Assembly (NCBI GenBank): GCA_031430995.1
Contig: JANPCO010000131.1
Span: forward strand, 25,155-89,154
DNA: 64,000 nt
Source of the DNA: Sphingomonadales bacterium
GTDB lineage: Bacteria > Pseudomonadota > Alphaproteobacteria > Sphingomonadales > Sphingomonadaceae
Direction: 5' to 3'
Under the pieces are notes generated by a model. That model was not told where the DNA came from. It searched no databases and was given only the letters and a program-made list of their open reading frames with translations. The position numbers and the translations under genes were made by a program. Shown in pieces: positions 27,705-36,969 of the stretch (position 1 is the first letter of the stretch; the number at the start of each line of letters is the position of its first letter).

Positions 27705-28457
27705 ATGAATGTTATTAAGAACCTGATTCGCAATCGTTACAGGCCCCTGATTGCCCTTGACGCCATCCGCAAACTGATCCGCGATAAAGAAGACACGACG
27801 CAAGTATTCCGCCTGCTCTACGCGCTGCGCGGCAGTTCATTTGACCGCAATTTCGCGCGCTTTCAAAAGCATCCCGTGGGCATGCGCGTGTTGAGCGAAA
27901 AGATTGACTTGGTCGATACGCTTTCAAACCGCACTTATCTTGAAAGCTTGCCGCACGGCAGCTTGGGGGCAGAATTCCTTGCATTCATGACAGGCTGCGG
28001 AATCACGCCTGAGGGGCTGAACGTGGCAGCGCGGGAAGCGGGCCTTGATGAACAAGTGCTGCCCGAAGATACCAAGCGGTTTGCTCTGCGCGTTCGGGTG
28101 CAGCATGATTTATGGCACGTGGTGGCAGGATATGGCTGCGACGGTTTTGGTGAGACCTGCAATGTTGCCTATTCTTACCCGCACACCAAAAATATTGGGT
28201 TCATGGTGATTGGCATTGCAGGTGCATGGAATTATTCGAAAGCCTTTCCCAACGAACCGATCATGGCAGCGATGTGGCAGGGCCTTAAGCGCGGGCGTGC
28301 CACGACTTGGCTGCCGGGCACGGACTGGGAAGCCGTGCTGCCACTGCCGCTGGCGGAGGTGCGGTTGCAACTGGGCATCAAAGACCTGCCGACCCGCTAT
28401 ACTGAAGCGCCTGCTGCACGCGCGCACAGCCGCACAGGGTCACCCGTTCCGGCTTAA
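27705..28457 (+). CDS. Coq4-family protein
   Basis: The HDLWHVVAGYGCDGFGE stretch fits the Coq4 HDxxH-x(11)-E metal-binding signature. Confidence 0.7.
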   Translation: MNVIKNLIRNRYRPLIALDAIRKLIRDKEDTTQVFRLLYALRGSSFDRNFARFQKHPVGMRVLSEKIDLVDTLSNRTYLESLPHGSLGAEFLAFMTGCGITPEGLNVAAREAGLDEQVLPEDTKRFALRVRVQHDLWHVVAGYGCDGFGETCNVAYSYPHTKNIGFMVIGIAGAWNYSKAFPNEPIMAAMWQGLKRGRATTWLPGTDWEAVLPLPLAEVRLQLGIKDLPTRYTEAPAARAHSRTGSPVPA

Positions 28458-28530
28458 AAGCCGCGCTTGACCATCGTCCCTCTGATCGCCAAACCTCACC
28501 GCAAGAAAATGGCGTAACGAGGATGGTATC

Positions 28531-30357
28531 ATGAAGAGTTTGATTTCGGCGCTGGCGCTTTCGGTATCGCTAAGCTTGACTGCGCCTGCCTTTGCCCAAA
28601 ACACGCCCACCGCGATCAGCCCAACTGCGGCTGAAGCGGATAAATTCGTCGCCGACGCTGAAAAGGCACTGGGTGATTTCAGCGTTTACAATGCGCAGGT
28701 GCAGTGGATCAACAACACCTATATCACTGACGACACTGATGCCGTTGCGGCCCGCGTTGGCGCGCAAGGGACCGAGCTCTCGGTCAATTATGCCGTGGCA
28801 GCGGCCAAATATGCCGCCATCCCCGGCTTGTCTTATGATACCAAGCGCAAGCTGGATATATTACGCGGCGGGCTCACGTTGCCAGCCCCAACAACAGACG
28901 GCGCGGCCAAAGCGCTCAACGATATCTCGACACGGCTCAACTCAGCCTACGGCAAAGGCAAAGGCACGCTGAAAGGTGTGGCTATCGTTGGCAATGATAT
29001 CGAAGCTGAAATGGGCACCAACCGCAACCCGGCTGAACTGGCCGAAATGTGGAAAAGCTGGCACACCAATGTCGGCGCACCGATGCGCGACGATTACGCC
29101 GAACTGGTTGGCATCGCGAACAAAGGCGCAGTGGAACTGGGTTATAAGGATGTCGGCGCGATGTGGCGGTCTGGCTATGATATGCCTGCCGATGATTTTG
29201 CCAAACTCACCGACAAGTTGTGGGGCCAGGTCAAGCCGCTCTATGATCAGCTCCACTGCTACACGCGCGGCAAGCTGAATGAGAAATACGGCGACGCTAT
29301 TCAGGCCAAAACCGGCCCCATTCGCGCTGATTTACTTGGTAATATGTGGGCGCAGGAATGGGGCGATATTTATGATATTGTTGCCCCCAAAGGCGCTGGC
29401 GATATTGGCTATGACATTGGTGAGCTTCTCAAGGCCAAGGGCAAAACCGAACTGGATATGGTGCACGCGGGCGAAGGCTTTTTTTCCTCACTCGGATTTG
29501 ATCCGCTGCCCAAAAGCTTTTACGCGCGGTCGCAATTCTTGAAGCCCCGCGACCGCGAAGTCGTCTGCCACGCTTCGGCGTGGGATCTGGATAATGTTGA
29601 CGACCTTCGCATCAAAATGTGCATCAAGGTCGATACGGGAAATTTCGTGACCATTCACCATGAACTGGGCCATAACTATTATCAGCGCGCCTATAACAAG
29701 CAGTCGAACCTTTATCTGAACGGCGCGAATGATGGCTTTCATGAAGCCATTGGTGATGCCATCGCGCTGGCGATCACGCCGGATTATCTTGTGAAGATCG
29801 GGCTGCTCGACGCCAGTAAAGTACCCGGCGCGGACAAGGACACAGGCCTGTTACTGCGCCAGGCGATGGACAAAGTCGCATTCCTGCCGTTCGGCTTGCT
29901 CGTTGATAAATGGCGCTGGGGTGTGTTCGACGGCTCGATCCCGAAAACCAGCTATAACAAAGGCTGGACGGACCTGCGCCTGCAATATCAAGGCATCACG
30001 CCGCCCGTGCCGCGCAGTGAAGCGGATTTTGACGCAGGGGCGAAATATCATATTCCCGGCAACACACCCTACACCCGCTATTTTCTGGCGCGCATCCTTC
30101 AGTTCCAGTTCTACAAGGCTGCGTGCGACATTGCCGGCTGGAAAGGCCCGCTTCACCGCTGCACCTTCTATGGCAATAAAGCAGTCGGCAAGCGGTTAGA
30201 CGCCATGCTCGCCATGGGCGCATCAAAGCCCTGGCCCGATGCTTTGCAAGCCTTCACAGGCAAGCGCGAAATGGACGGAACAGCGATGATTGCTTATTTC
30301 AAGCCGCTGATGACCTTCCTTGCCAAGCAGAATCAAGGCAAAACCTGCGGATGGTGA
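28531..30357 (+). CDS. Secreted M2-family peptidyl-dipeptidase (angiotensin-converting-enzyme homologue)
   Basis: It has a signal peptide, an HHELGH zinc motif with a downstream HEAIGD glutamate ligand, and the length of a single ACE domain. Confidence 0.85.
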   Translation: MKSLISALALSVSLSLTAPAFAQNTPTAISPTAAEADKFVADAEKALGDFSVYNAQVQWINNTYITDDTDAVAARVGAQGTELSVNYAVAAAKYAAIPGLSYDTKRKLDILRGGLTLPAPTTDGAAKALNDISTRLNSAYGKGKGTLKGVAIVGNDIEAEMGTNRNPAELAEMWKSWHTNVGAPMRDDYAELVGIANKGAVELGYKDVGAMWRSGYDMPADDFAKLTDKLWGQVKPLYDQLHCYTRGKLNEKYGDAIQAKTGPIRADLLGNMWAQEWGDIYDIVAPKGAGDIGYDIGELLKAKGKTELDMVHAGEGFFSSLGFDPLPKSFYARSQFLKPRDREVVCHASAWDLDNVDDLRIKMCIKVDTGNFVTIHHELGHNYYQRAYNKQSNLYLNGANDGFHEAIGDAIALAITPDYLVKIGLLDASKVPGADKDTGLLLRQAMDKVAFLPFGLLVDKWRWGVFDGSIPKTSYNKGWTDLRLQYQGITPPVPRSEADFDAGAKYHIPGNTPYTRYFLARILQFQFYKAACDIAGWKGPLHRCTFYGNKAVGKRLDAMLAMGASKPWPDALQAFTGKREMDGTAMIAYFKPLMTFLAKQNQGKTCGW

Positions 30358-30367
30358 CGCGGGGCTG

Positions 30368-30907
30368 ATGTTTGATTTTCAGCCGACACTGTCTGACGAT
30401 CAGTTCACGCTGCGCCCGCTACGTGCCGATGACTATGATGCGGTTTTTGCCGCCGCGTCAGACCCGCTGATCTGGGCGTTACACCCTGTATATGACCGGC
30501 ATACCGAAGCATCGTTCCGGCCCTATTTTGCTGAGCGGTTCGCCGCTGCTGGAACACTGGTGATCGCCGAAAACGCGTCTGGAAACAGTGTCGGCTGGTC
30601 AAGCTACGGCAATCTGGACAAGGCCGCAGGCGAAGTGGAAATTGGCTGGACGTTCCTGATCCGGGATCATTGGGGTGGGCCAACAAACCGGCGCGTCAAG
30701 CAGTTGATGCTCAGCCACGCTTTTCAGTTCGTCGACACCGTAGTGTTCCGCATCGGCGAAACCAATGCGCGGTCTCGTCGCGCGATGGAGAAAATTGGCG
30801 GCGTCTGGAAGGGCCGAATGACAGCAATCACCATCAAAGGTACAGCAGTACCGCACTGCGTCTATGAAATCGCACAGGCTGACTATCAGCTGAGCCAACC
30901 AATTTAG
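30368..30907 (+). CDS. GNAT N-acetyltransferase (RimJ/RimL-like subgroup)
   Basis: The core reads EIGWTFLIRDHWGGPTNRRVKQLMLSHAF...NARSRRAMEKIG. The start was moved to the ATG at 30368. Confidence 0.75.
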   Translation: MFDFQPTLSDDQFTLRPLRADDYDAVFAAASDPLIWALHPVYDRHTEASFRPYFAERFAAAGTLVIAENASGNSVGWSSYGNLDKAAGEVEIGWTFLIRDHWGGPTNRRVKQLMLSHAFQFVDTVVFRIGETNARSRRAMEKIGGVWKGRMTAITIKGTAVPHCVYEIAQADYQLSQPI

Positions 30908-30931
30908 GGCGCTGTCTCGTTCGTGACGCAA

Positions 30932-30964
30932 AAAAGGGCGGCACTTTGCGGCACCGCCCTTTTG
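30932..30964. terminator. Bidirectional rho-independent terminator between the GNAT gene and rplL
   Basis: The sequence aaaaagggcgg...ccgccctttt forms a stem flanked by an A-run on one side and a T-run on the other. Confidence 0.65.
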
Positions 30965-30986
30965 GTCAGCAAATCTGGTGAGAGAT

Positions 30987-31358
30987 TTACTTGAGTTCGA
31001 CAGTCGCGCCTGCAGCCACCAGCTGAGCCATGACTTTGTTGGCTTCGTCTTTCGACACGCCTTCTTTGATGGCTTTTGGCGCGGCTTCGACAGCGGCCTT
31101 GGCTTCGGTAAGGCCCAGACCAGTGATGGCGCGGACCTCCTTGATGACGGCGATTTTGTTGCCGCCGTCGCCGGTCAGGATCACGTCAAATTCGGTCTGT
31201 TCTTCAACTGCGGGGCCAGCAGCAGCGGCTGGGCCAGCAACAGCGACAGCAGCAGCGGCAGAAACGCCCCACTTTTCTTCAAGCATTTTTGACAGCTCAG
31301 CCGCTTCAATCACGGTCAGCGCTGACAAATCGTCAACAATTTTGTTCAAATCAGCCAT
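30987..31358 (-). CDS. rplL: 50S ribosomal protein L7/L12
   Basis: The protein reads [32 protein letters not shown]...[16 protein letters not shown]. Confidence 0.95.
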   Translation of the reverse strand: MADLNKIVDDLSALTVIEAAELSKMLEEKWGVSAAAAVAVAGPAAAAGPAVEEQTEFDVILTGDGGNKIAVIKEVRAITGLGLTEAKAAVEAAPKAIKEGVSKDEANKVMAQLVAAGATVELK

Positions 31359-31418
31359 TGGTATTCTCCACTTGGGCCGCACATAGGCCCCTTAAAAGGT
31401 TCAAAAAAGGTCGCGAAT

Positions 31419-31934
31419 TTAAGCCGCTTCTTTGTCGGCATAAGCCGCAAAGACGCGCGCCAGCTGGCCAGCCGGGGCTTGGATGATCTGAACGACCTTC
31501 GTTGCGGGTGCCTGTACAAGACCCACAATCCTGGCGCGCAGTTCGTCAAGCGACGGAAGCGAAGCAAGCGATTTCACGCCGTCTACATCCAGGAGCATGC
31601 TCCCCATTGATCCACCGACGATTTCGAGTTTGTCGTTCGTTTTGGCGAAATCGACGACCACCTTAGCGGCGGCCACCGGATCAACAGAAGAAGCCAGTGC
31701 AATCGGACCCGTGAGCAATTCGCTCAGGCCTTCATACGCTGTGCCCTTGGCTGCGATTTTGGCGAGGCTGTTTTTCGTGACCTTGTAAGTCGCGTTTGCT
31801 TCACGCATTTTGGTCCGCAGCGCCGTTGACTGTGCAACGGTCAGCCCCAAGTTGCGAGTGACAACCACCACACCAACTTCACCAAAAGCAGCGTTCAGCT
31901 CGGCAACCACGACAGGTTTTTGAGCACGATCCAT
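31419..31934 (-). CDS. rplJ: 50S ribosomal protein L10
   Basis: The protein reads [40 protein letters not shown]. The start was moved to the ATG at 31934. Confidence 0.95.
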   Translation of the reverse strand: MDRAQKPVVVAELNAAFGEVGVVVVTRNLGLTVAQSTALRTKMREANATYKVTKNSLAKIAAKGTAYEGLSELLTGPIALASSVDPVAAAKVVVDFAKTNDKLEIVGGSMGSMLLDVDGVKSLASLPSLDELRARIVGLVQAPATKVVQIIQAPAGQLARVFAAYADKEAA

Positions 31935-32130
31935 GCCATTCTCCAATATAAGCGCCCACGGCCCATCCGCAGGCGCAAGGTACATCCGAGGGGAATGGTC
32001 AAAAGGGCCGCGCTGTCCGTAGACCAGTCGCCGCCAGAAATCTTTTCCCCGTCTAGGCTGGACATTAAGAGGGCCAAATCACCCCCACCAACTGTCTCGG
32101 ACGGATCACCAAGCAGCAACGCCACTCAGC
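31935..32130 (-). promoter_or_regulatory. Long 5' leader of rplJL, possibly an L10(L12)4 autoregulatory leader
   Basis: About 200 nt of non-coding, GC-rich sequence lies upstream of rplJ. I have not derived a structure. Confidence 0.3.
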
Positions 32131-32218
32131 GACGGGAATGCGATTAGCAGAAAGGACGTCGCGGTCAAGCATCTGCCACGTTAGGCCTTCGTTAACCACA
32201 ACTTGCCATGCTGCCGCC

Positions 32219-32866
32219 ATGCGTTTGATTATTGCCATCGTCCTTTCCACCTTGCTGCTATCGGCTTGCGTCGGCCCACCGGGGGACAAGCGTCCGTCAC
32301 GGCCAGCCTCCATAAATGTTCAGCCAGCAGATAAGGAAACCCGGCAGTGTGTCGCCGATCTCAGCCGATTGAAGGCACGCTACACACTGCTTCCCGAACA
32401 GGAAATGGGCGGGGGCTGTTCAATCAAAGGCTCAGTTCAGCTGTTTGCTGCTGACGTTCCCATCACAGCCATCAAGGCCATACGGTGCCCGATGGCGCGC
32501 ACTTTGGCGCTGTGGGTGCGAGATGATGTGCAGATGGCCGCGCGTGAACATCTGGGCAGCCGCATTGTCCGGGTCGAATCGATGGGGGCTTATTCTTGCC
32601 GGAACATCATCGGCAATAATTCAGGCAAACTTTCCCAACATGCCACAGGCAATGCCGTTGATATTGGCGCGTTCATGCTCGCTGATGGGCGGCGCGTGTC
32701 AGTAAAGGACGGATGGAACAGCAGCGACGGCGATGAACGGCGCTTCCTGCGCACTGTCCGCCAGGCGGGATGCAAGCGGTTCACCACAGTGCTCAGCCCC
32801 GATTACAACGCGGCCCATCACGATCATTTGCATTTCGATATGGGCGGAAAGGCATTTTGCCGCTAA
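32219..32866 (+). CDS. Extensin-like C-terminal domain lipoprotein (M15-like fold)
   Basis: It has the lipobox-like signal MRLIIAIVLSTLLLSAC plus SQHATGNAVDI and HHDHLHFD motifs. Confidence 0.7.
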   Translation: MRLIIAIVLSTLLLSACVGPPGDKRPSRPASINVQPADKETRQCVADLSRLKARYTLLPEQEMGGGCSIKGSVQLFAADVPITAIKAIRCPMARTLALWVRDDVQMAAREHLGSRIVRVESMGAYSCRNIIGNNSGKLSQHATGNAVDIGAFMLADGRRVSVKDGWNSSDGDERRFLRTVRQAGCKRFTTVLSPDYNAAHHDHLHFDMGGKAFCR

Positions 32867-32876
32867 ACCCATCGGT

Positions 32877-33716
32877 ATGACCAGAGAGAAAATCCCCGAC
32901 CGCGTTTTTGCCGACGCCCGCCATGCCGCCACTTTTGCCAAGCTCGATAAGGAAACTCCGCAAACGCGGAGCAGTTCTTACAAGCTGGCGTTTCAGGATA
33001 CTGATTTCCTGCTGCGTGAAGACCTGCGGCCGGTCCGGTTTCAGCTAGAGCTTTTGAAGCCAGAACTCCTGATGGACGAAGCCAATATCGGCTCCACCTT
33101 CGTCATGTACGGTTCGGCTCGCATCCCGGAACCAGGCAAGAAAGCGCACACGGACGATCCCAAAGTCGCCGCGCGGCTGGAGGCAAACTCACATTATTAT
33201 GATGAAGCCCGCAAACTGGCCCAGATCGCCAGCCAAAGCGGATTTGATCCGGACGGTCGGCGGCATTTTGTCGTCTGTTCTGGCGGCGGACCATCGATCA
33301 TGGAAGCGGCTAACCGAGGGGCGCAGGATGTCGGCCAAGAGTCGATTGGCCTCAACATCGTGCTGCCGCATGAACAAGCGCCTAACCTCTATGTCACGCC
33401 GTCGCTCAGTTTTCAGTTCCATTATTTCGCGTTGCGCAAAATGCACTTCCTGCTCCGCGCCCGCGCCGTTGCGGTTTTCCCTGGCGGGTTTGGGACGTTC
33501 GATGAAATGTTCGAACTGCTTACGCTCATCCAGACCGGCAAGATCAAGCCCATTCCCATTGTGCTGTTCGGCAAAGCCTTTTGGGACCGCGTGGTCAGTT
33601 TCGATGCGCTGGTCGAAGAAGGGGTGATTTCAGCCAAGGATTTGGGGCTGTTCCGCTATGTCGAAACAGCTGAAGAGGCCTGGGCTGTAGTGCACGAATG
33701 GTATGCCGGGGTTTAG
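32877..33716 (+). CDS. LOG-family (TIGR00730) nucleotide phosphoribohydrolase
   Basis: It has the PGGFGTFDE motif and GGGPSIMEAANRGA. Confidence 0.8.
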   Translation: MTREKIPDRVFADARHAATFAKLDKETPQTRSSSYKLAFQDTDFLLREDLRPVRFQLELLKPELLMDEANIGSTFVMYGSARIPEPGKKAHTDDPKVAARLEANSHYYDEARKLAQIASQSGFDPDGRRHFVVCSGGGPSIMEAANRGAQDVGQESIGLNIVLPHEQAPNLYVTPSLSFQFHYFALRKMHFLLRARAVAVFPGGFGTFDEMFELLTLIQTGKIKPIPIVLFGKAFWDRVVSFDALVEEGVISAKDLGLFRYVETAEEAWAVVHEWYAGV

Positions 33717-33779
33717 GGTCGCCGTGGCAGCGCTCCGGGCCCCTCGGCTTAGTTCAGGAGAGCCCGGAGCACTTTTGCG

Positions 33780-34235
33780 TTATTCCCGGCGCTTCCCCAC
33801 AAAGAACGCGCGCAGCATCTCGGCCGATTCAGTCTCCCCCAACCCCCCATATACCTCGGGCCTGTGATGACAGGTTGGCTGCGTGAAGAAGCGAGGCCCG
33901 TGGTCCACTGCGCCGCCCTTGGGGTCTGGCGCGCCGTAATAAAGCCGCGCAATCCGCGCATGGGCAATGGCACCCGCACACATCGCACAAGGCTCAAGCG
34001 TCACCCAGAGATCGCAGCCCTCCAGCCGTTCCGTGCCGAGAGCCGCGCAAGCCGCGCGTATCGCCTCCATCTCCGCATGCGCAGTCGGGTCATGCCGCCC
34101 CCGCATCGCGTTGACAGCCTCTGCCACCACCACATCCCCGCGCATGATCAGGGCAGCGACTGGCACTTCTCCAGCACGAGCCGCCTGTTGCGCCAGATCA
34201 AGCGCACGCCGCATAGGGGGAGGGAGAAGGTTCAT
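33780..34235 (-). CDS. tadA: tRNA adenosine(34) deaminase
   Basis: It has the HAEMEAI and PCAMCAGAI zinc motifs. Confidence 0.9.
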   Translation of the reverse strand: MNLLPPPMRRALDLAQQAARAGEVPVAALIMRGDVVVAEAVNAMRGRHDPTAHAEMEAIRAACAALGTERLEGCDLWVTLEPCAMCAGAIAHARIARLYYGAPDPKGGAVDHGPRFFTQPTCHHRPEVYGGLGETESAEMLRAFFVGKRRE

Positions 34236-34378
34236 CGGTGTTTACTTGTCGCCGTGCGAGTTGTGGTCAAGCCTCTCCTCATCGATTTCGTCCAATTCAC
34301 TTGACGGCGGCGCGCTATAGGCGTGTATCAGAATGAAACGGGTCGCGCTGTTTTGACTGGCCAGGGGGCATAATAATA

Positions 34379-35698
34379 ATGATCGAATATCGTGACGCGC
34401 GCCGAGGCGCAGCAGGCGTCGGTGCGGCTGTTTTGGGCGCTGTGGCGGGGGTCTCTGCGCCTTTTGCGGTGCAGGCCCAAGAAAGCGAAGCGGCGGCGCT
34501 TGACGCGCTGATTGACGGGGCAGCGACGCCGGATCAGGCGTTGGCACTGGCGCGGCAACAAGCGCAAAGCGGCGATTTGACAGGGGCGGCTTCAACGTTG
34601 GAGCGCGCTTTGCTCACCAATCCGAATGCCCATGATGTGCGGCTCTTTTATGCCGGTCTGCTTTGCCAGTTGGATGACGGCCAAGGCGCGCGGGTGGAAG
34701 TGACCAAGCTGGACAAGCAAGCCATTGATGACGCGGCGTGGAACGCGGCCAATACGGCCTGCGGTGGCGCGCTGGTTCGTCCCGCTGCGCCAAAAGCCGG
34801 GGCCGCCACAGGCTTTGCCGGTGAAGCTTATGCAGGCGTGGCGTTTGACGGTGATGCATTGGGGCCCCTGATCATCCAGATTGATTTGCCAGGTGTGGCA
34901 ACGCCCAGCAAATCGGGCCTTGGCATCATCGCGGGTGTGCGCGGGGCCTACAGGTCGCCATCCTATACCGACGGCGGCGGGCTTTATGCAGGCGGGGGTA
35001 TCCGCCTGAAACATAGCGTTGATGGGCCGGATCAGAAATATCTGCTCACTGATCTGCGGGTTGGTTTTGGGCGACAATCCGAACGCACGGACTATGCATT
35101 CGGGGCCGTCGTTCGCCACACCCACTTGCTCGGCAATGCTTACGGCACGGACTATGGCGGTCAAGCTGAACTGGGCGTCAAAGCAGGCAATGGCGGCCGG
35201 ATCGTGCTGCGCGGCGAAGCCGTTTATCAGGATTATGCGACCATCGGGCTGGGACCGCGTGCCAACGGATGGCGATTTGACCTGTCGGCGACTTATGTGA
35301 AGCAAATTTCCGTAAACAGCCTGTTTATCGCTGGCGCGGCGCTGGAAGTGAAAGACGCAAGATCACGCGCGCTTGGCTATACCGGTGCACGGATGTTTGC
35401 GGCCTATCAGGCGAATATTGGCGACAGCGGCCATTATTTCAATCTCTCCTCCACGTTGAGGTTCATCAATTTCAAGAACAAGCCGCCTGTGCAGGACAGG
35501 AAAGACACCCGCGTCACTGCGCGCGGGGCTTACGGCCTGCCGCTTGGGGCCAGCGGCTTTAAGCTAGAGGGCGCAGTCAGCTACACATCGCGTGCCATTA
35601 GCGGCAAAGCCACGGTTTCGCCGCCGCCGCTGTTTGCGACCAAACTTGCCAATTATAACAGCGTCGGCGCGGAACTCCGCCTGATCTTCAAATTTTAA
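34379..35698 (+). CDS. Outer-membrane protein: signal peptide, short TPR-like region, and a beta-barrel of about 290 aa (possibly DUF560/Slam-like)
   Basis: It has an AVQA-QE cleavage-like site and a TPR-like helix pair (GDLTGAASTLERALLTNPNAHDVRLFYAGLL). The remainder shows alternating amphipathic strands and ends in LIFKF (terminal Phe). Confidence 0.55.
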   Translation: MIEYRDARRGAAGVGAAVLGAVAGVSAPFAVQAQESEAAALDALIDGAATPDQALALARQQAQSGDLTGAASTLERALLTNPNAHDVRLFYAGLLCQLDDGQGARVEVTKLDKQAIDDAAWNAANTACGGALVRPAAPKAGAATGFAGEAYAGVAFDGDALGPLIIQIDLPGVATPSKSGLGIIAGVRGAYRSPSYTDGGGLYAGGGIRLKHSVDGPDQKYLLTDLRVGFGRQSERTDYAFGAVVRHTHLLGNAYGTDYGGQAELGVKAGNGGRIVLRGEAVYQDYATIGLGPRANGWRFDLSATYVKQISVNSLFIAGAALEVKDARSRALGYTGARMFAAYQANIGDSGHYFNLSSTLRFINFKNKPPVQDRKDTRVTARGAYGLPLGASGFKLEGAVSYTSRAISGKATVSPPPLFATKLANYNSVGAELRLIFKF

Positions 35699-35712
35699 GC
35701 GGAGTCGGGGAA

Positions 35713-36579
35713 ATGACCATGACACGAACAGCCAAATTCGCCCTCGCTTTCCTGCTGGCGGGAGGTGCAACCACCGCATTTGCCCAGTCTAAAGTGGTGG
35801 GTGTCAATGCTGCCATCCGCAACAGCGTGCAGATCAAGACTGGTGCGGCTGCGTTCCGCCGCGCTGTCCTTAAAGAACGCGTTTCCATCGGCGATGATAT
35901 CCAGACCGCAGGGGCAAGCGTTCTTCAAGTGCTGCTGCTTGACCGTACGACCTTCACTGTCGGGGCCAATGCACGGGTGCGGATTGACCGCTTCGTTTAC
36001 GATTCAGCGCGCAGTGCCAGCAGTGTGGGTGCATCAGTCGCCAAAGGCGCATTCCGGTTCATGTCCGGAAAGCCCACGCGCGGGATGCCGGGGCAAAGTG
36101 CAGTGAACACACCAGTGGGCTCCATCGGTATTCGCGGGACCATTTTCGAAGGGGCTGTTGGCGCGGATGCAGTGCGGATCGCGCGCGGAGAACAAGCTGT
36201 CGGCTCTGTCAGTGGCGACGCAGAAAAAGCCACGCTCATCGTGCTGCGCGGCCCTGGGGCAGCCACACAGGGCGATGAGAAGGCCGGAGCCATTGATGTG
36301 AGCGTCGATGGCCGTGTGGTCGCTGTAGCGTCGCCTGGCATGGCGCTATACGTGCCGGGTCCGGGTATGGCCCCTATCGGGCCGTTCATGATTTCAGACG
36401 CTGGCTTGTCTGCACTGCACGAACTGCTCCGGTCCACACCCCGTCGCCGGGCGCAGTCTGCCACTCTGTCGCTGGAAGGCAATCCTGTCGTGGATCAGAT
36501 ATTGGAATGCAGCGGCGGGGCCGATCCTGTTCAGGGGCCGACCACACCGGTCATTTCTTCGGGCTGCGGCGCGCGGTGA
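35713..36579 (+). CDS. Secreted FecR-domain protein
   Basis: It has a signal peptide (AFA-QS). The FecR-like core reads [23 protein letters not shown]...KGAFRFMSG...[16 protein letters not shown]. Confidence 0.65.
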   Translation: MTMTRTAKFALAFLLAGGATTAFAQSKVVGVNAAIRNSVQIKTGAAAFRRAVLKERVSIGDDIQTAGASVLQVLLLDRTTFTVGANARVRIDRFVYDSARSASSVGASVAKGAFRFMSGKPTRGMPGQSAVNTPVGSIGIRGTIFEGAVGADAVRIARGEQAVGSVSGDAEKATLIVLRGPGAATQGDEKAGAIDVSVDGRVVAVASPGMALYVPGPGMAPIGPFMISDAGLSALHELLRSTPRRRAQSATLSLEGNPVVDQILECSGGADPVQGPTTPVISSGCGAR

Positions 36580-36665
36580 CGCGCTGGCATGACTTGACGG
36601 AAAGGGTTGGTGTGGCTAACGCGCCAGTCTTTCCGAAGCTATATTTACGAATCAGGATGAACAGC

Positions 36666-36950
36666 ATGTCGCGTATTTGCGAACTGACCGGCAAGGGTCG
36701 CCAAGTGGGCCACAATGTGTCCCACGCCAATAACAAGACCAAGCGCACATTTCTGCCCAACCTGCAGAATGTTACATTGCTGTCAGATTCGCTGAACAAA
36801 GGCGTTCGGCTGCGCGTGTCGGCCAATGGCTTGCGGTCTGTTGAACATGTGGGCGGGCTGGATAACTGGCTGGCCAAAACATCCGAAGATAAGCTTTCGC
36901 TTAAGGCCGCTCGTTTGAAGCGCGAAATTGCCAAGAAGATTGCGGCTTAA
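36666..36950 (+). CDS. rpmB: 50S ribosomal protein L28
   Basis: The protein reads [34 protein letters not shown]. Confidence 0.9.
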   Translation: MSRICELTGKGRQVGHNVSHANNKTKRTFLPNLQNVTLLSDSLNKGVRLRVSANGLRSVEHVGGLDNWLAKTSEDKLSLKAARLKREIAKKIAA

Positions 36951-36969
36951 GCGTCGCAACTTGCAGTGA

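Noticed and set aside
34592-35305. A 237-aa minus-strand ORF inside the outer-membrane protein gene. Similar antisense ORFs lie at 37111-37800, 40239-40817, 50730-51320 and 15829-16593.
   Set aside because: All are antisense to genes with stronger coding evidence. None has a recognisable motif, and all have the Arg/Gly/His-rich antisense composition.
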